Below are positions 61,979-64,000 of a DNA stretch of 64,000 nt, piece by piece (positions within the stretch are counted from its first letter, which is position 1; every line of letters starts with the position of its first letter). The notes under the pieces were generated by a model that saw only the letters and a list, made by a program, of their open reading frames with translations, did no database searches and was not told the origin of the DNA. This DNA comes from Candidatus Margulisiibacteriota bacterium (lineage in GTDB: Bacteria; Margulisbacteria; Marinamargulisbacteria; JBFWNS01). Position numbers and translations under genes: made by a program. Where the stretch lies: contig JBFWNS010000006.1 in the NCBI GenBank assembly GCA_050250935.1, forward strand, positions 64,001 to 128,000. The letters are read 5' to 3'.

Positions 61979-62729
61979 TCCGATACCCCGTTTTAAAGAT
62001 CACGGCGATGGTGGCCAGGCAGGTGAGCATAAACAGGCTCATCATGCCCAGGCTTAGGCCGAGGTTAACATCGGCCAGATTGTAAAAACTCCAGCGAAAG
62101 GCGCTGATTAAGTACACAATCGGGTTTAAAAGCGATAGTTTTTGAAACAAGGGGGGCAACATAGAAATCGAATAAAAACTGCCGCCCAAAAAGGTCAGGG
62201 GGGTAATGACCATCATGGGCACAATTTGAAGTTTTTCAAACCCGTCGGCCCAAATGCCTAAGATAAATCCAAACAAACAAAAGGTGATGGAGGTTAGGGT
62301 TAAAATCAGGATCATCCAAAACGGATGGGCAATCGAAAACGGGACAAACAGGCGGGCTGTTCCCAAAATCACCAACCCTAAAATCATGGATTTTGTTGCG
62401 GCCGCACCCACATAGCCGGCCACAATTTCAAGCGGTGATAAAGGGGCGGATAAGACTTCGTAAATGGTGCCTGTAAATCGGGGCAAATAGATGCCAAACG
62501 AGGCGTTGGACAAACTTTCTGTCAGCACCGATAACAGCAACAATCCGGGCACGATGAAGGCTGCAAAAGACACCCCGTTCATGTCGCTCATTCTGGATCC
62601 GATGGCGGAGCCGAACACAATAAAATACAGCGACGTTGAAATCACCGGTGTGGCCAAACTGCCCAAAATGGTTCTTAAAAACCGAGACAACTCAAAATGA
62701 TACAGCGCTTTTATCCCATAAAAATTCAT
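61968..62729 (-). CDS. ABC-2 permease (YadH-like)
   Basis: [34 protein letters not shown]. Confidence 0.92.
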   Translation of the reverse strand: MNFYGIKALYHFELSRFLRTILGSLATPVISTSLYFIVFGSAIGSRMSDMNGVSFAAFIVPGLLLLSVLTESLSNASFGIYLPRFTGTIYEVLSAPLSPLEIVAGYVGAAATKSMILGLVILGTARLFVPFSIAHPFWMILILTLTSITFCLFGFILGIWADGFEKLQIVPMMVITPLTFLGGSFYSISMLPPLFQKLSLLNPIVYLISAFRWSFYNLADVNLGLSLGMMSLFMLTCLATIAVIFKTGYRIKS

Positions 62730-63652
62730 GATTTTGCTCCCACCAGATTCACAAAAATATCTTCCAAAGAGCTTTGTTCGGTTTCCAAATCCCGATAGGC
62801 AATGCCCAGTTCACCCAAGGTTTGTAAGAAGGTCGAAATGCCCGTATCGTCGCTTTTGCTTTCAAAGCTGTAGGCCAGGTGAAGGCCATCTTCGGAAAGG
62901 CTGATGTTATCGGCAACCAAGGCTGGCGGCAGACTTGTTAAAGGGGTCATTAAGGCAGCGGTGATCTTTTTTTGACCCAGGCGTTTGATCAGGGTGGTTT
63001 TGTCTTCGACCAACATCAAATTCCCTTTGTTAATCACGCCAATGCGGTCGGCCATTTCTTCGGCTTCTTCAATATAATGGGTGGTTAAAATGATAGTGAC
63101 ACCAGTTTCGCGCAACTGCCGAACCAAATTCCACATGTCCCGGCGCAATTCCACATCGACGCCTGCGGTGGGTTCGTCCAAAAACAACACCTTGGGTTCG
63201 TGGGACAAGGCTTTGGCAATCATGACCCGGCGTTTCATGCCGCCAGATAGTTCTCGGATTTTGTTGTTGCGTTTTTCCCACAACGACAGATCTTTAAGGA
63301 TTTTTTCGATATACGCTGGATTGGGGGCTTTGCCAAAGAGGCCTCGGCTTAAACTGACGGTATCCCACACCTTTTCGAACATGTCGGTGGAGAGTTCTTG
63401 GGGAACCAAGCCAATATGGGTTCGGGTTTGGCGATAGTCGCGTAAGATGTCGAATCCATCCACCGTTACGCTGCCACTGGTGGGGTTTACAATGCCGCAA
63501 ACGATGCTGATCAGGGTGGTTTTGCCCGCACCGTTGGGGCCTAATAAGGCAAAAATTTCGCCGCGGTTAATGGCTAGGCTTACCGTTTGCAAGGCTTTAA
63601 ACCCAGCCGCATAGGTTTTGTTTAGATTGGTGATTGAAATAATGGGAGTCAT
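62726..63652 (-). CDS. ABC transporter ATP-binding protein (YadG-like)
   Basis: [26 protein letters not shown]. Confidence 0.95.
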   Translation of the reverse strand: MTPIISITNLNKTYAAGFKALQTVSLAINRGEIFALLGPNGAGKTTLISIVCGIVNPTSGSVTVDGFDILRDYRQTRTHIGLVPQELSTDMFEKVWDTVSLSRGLFGKAPNPAYIEKILKDLSLWEKRNNKIRELSGGMKRRVMIAKALSHEPKVLFLDEPTAGVDVELRRDMWNLVRQLRETGVTIILTTHYIEEAEEMADRIGVINKGNLMLVEDKTTLIKRLGQKKITAALMTPLTSLPPALVADNISLSEDGLHLAYSFESKSDDTGISTFLQTLGELGIAYRDLETEQSSLEDIFVNLVGAKS

Positions 63653-63705
63653 GGGACGACATCATGCCATGGGCAAGTTGCCTGTGCAATGGTATTTTCA
63701 GCAGC

Positions 63706-64000
63706 ATGCGCCGGCAACTTTCTGTGCGATTTTTATCGGATGGCAGCGTGATTCAGCACCTGGGGGCTTTGGAAAATCCCAAGTTGGTGGTGATCTTGGG
63801 CCGGGAAGATGTCGAGCGAGACAATGGGGTTTTTGGGTTGTTGTATCAGCCCCTTTTAGACGAGGGCTATACCCTGATTTGGTATGAATTTTACAGCCGG
63901 TATTTGGCGGCCAGGCTTGCGGACCCTTTTGGAGACCTTTCCCCAAAACCGGCTTGGATTCGGCGGGTTTTGGGGGGCGTTCGTTTGCTAGCGTATCGAT
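63706..64000 (+). CDS. Partial CDS running off the window end (possible alpha/beta-hydrolase N-terminus)
   Basis: ATG 63706 is open to 64000 (MRRQLSVRFL...KLVVILG...LLDEGYTLIWYEF...); preceded by TG-G-TATTTT; absent from the ORF track because it has no stop. Confidence 0.65.
   Translation, partial: MRRQLSVRFLSDGSVIQHLGALENPKLVVILGREDVERDNGVFGLLYQPLLDEGYTLIWYEFYSRYLAARLADPFGDLSPKPAWIRRVLGGVRLLAYR

Noticed and set aside
63698..63946. 82-aa minus-strand ORF at the window end
   Set aside because: Better explained as the shadow of the plus-strand ORF starting at 63706.

Overview
A gene-dense, mostly core-genome bacterial window of about 65 CDS and two tRNAs (Thr-GGT, Pro-GGG). I found no rRNA, CRISPR array, integrase, transposase or prophage. 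The largest block (10.8-23.0 kb) is a complete alternative complex III operon (actA-F plus a probable actG) followed by SCO and an A2-family caa3-type oxygen reductase. Housekeeping genes include hisH/hisB/hisD, tgt, hemW, rpiB, holA, tatD, rsmI, ftsH, ruvB, rpsF-ssb-ssb-rpsR-rplI-uvrC, aspC, a NifS/IscS desulfurase, murD-ftsW-murG and a ThiD2-ThiE fusion. An accessory-looking run occupies 49.4-64 kb. The mix of a cyanobacterial-type ThiD2-ThiE, Bacillus-like RsbV/RsbW, an outer-membrane barrel and ACIII with an A2 oxidase fits a non-photosynthetic diderm relative of Cyanobacteria such as Margulisbacteria; this is inference, not a tested placement. Top leads: (1) a two-gene KaiC-family module, with a single-domain CI-like ATPase followed by a receiver-domain/degenerate-KaiC fusion and no kaiA/kaiB; (2) two paralogous ~60-aa stand-alone Fis-like HTH proteins, each in a divergent intergenic region with mirror-image promoters, one facing rsbV-rsbW and one facing the ACIII operon; (3) tandem ssb paralogs that split DNA-binding residues and the acidic tail; (4) a leaderless-mRNA signature on about ten genes; (5) likely non-canonical starts for rsmI (ATT) and uvrC (CTG); (6) a strongly diverged PNP-family protein. 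All family calls come from motif recognition by eye; no database searches were run.
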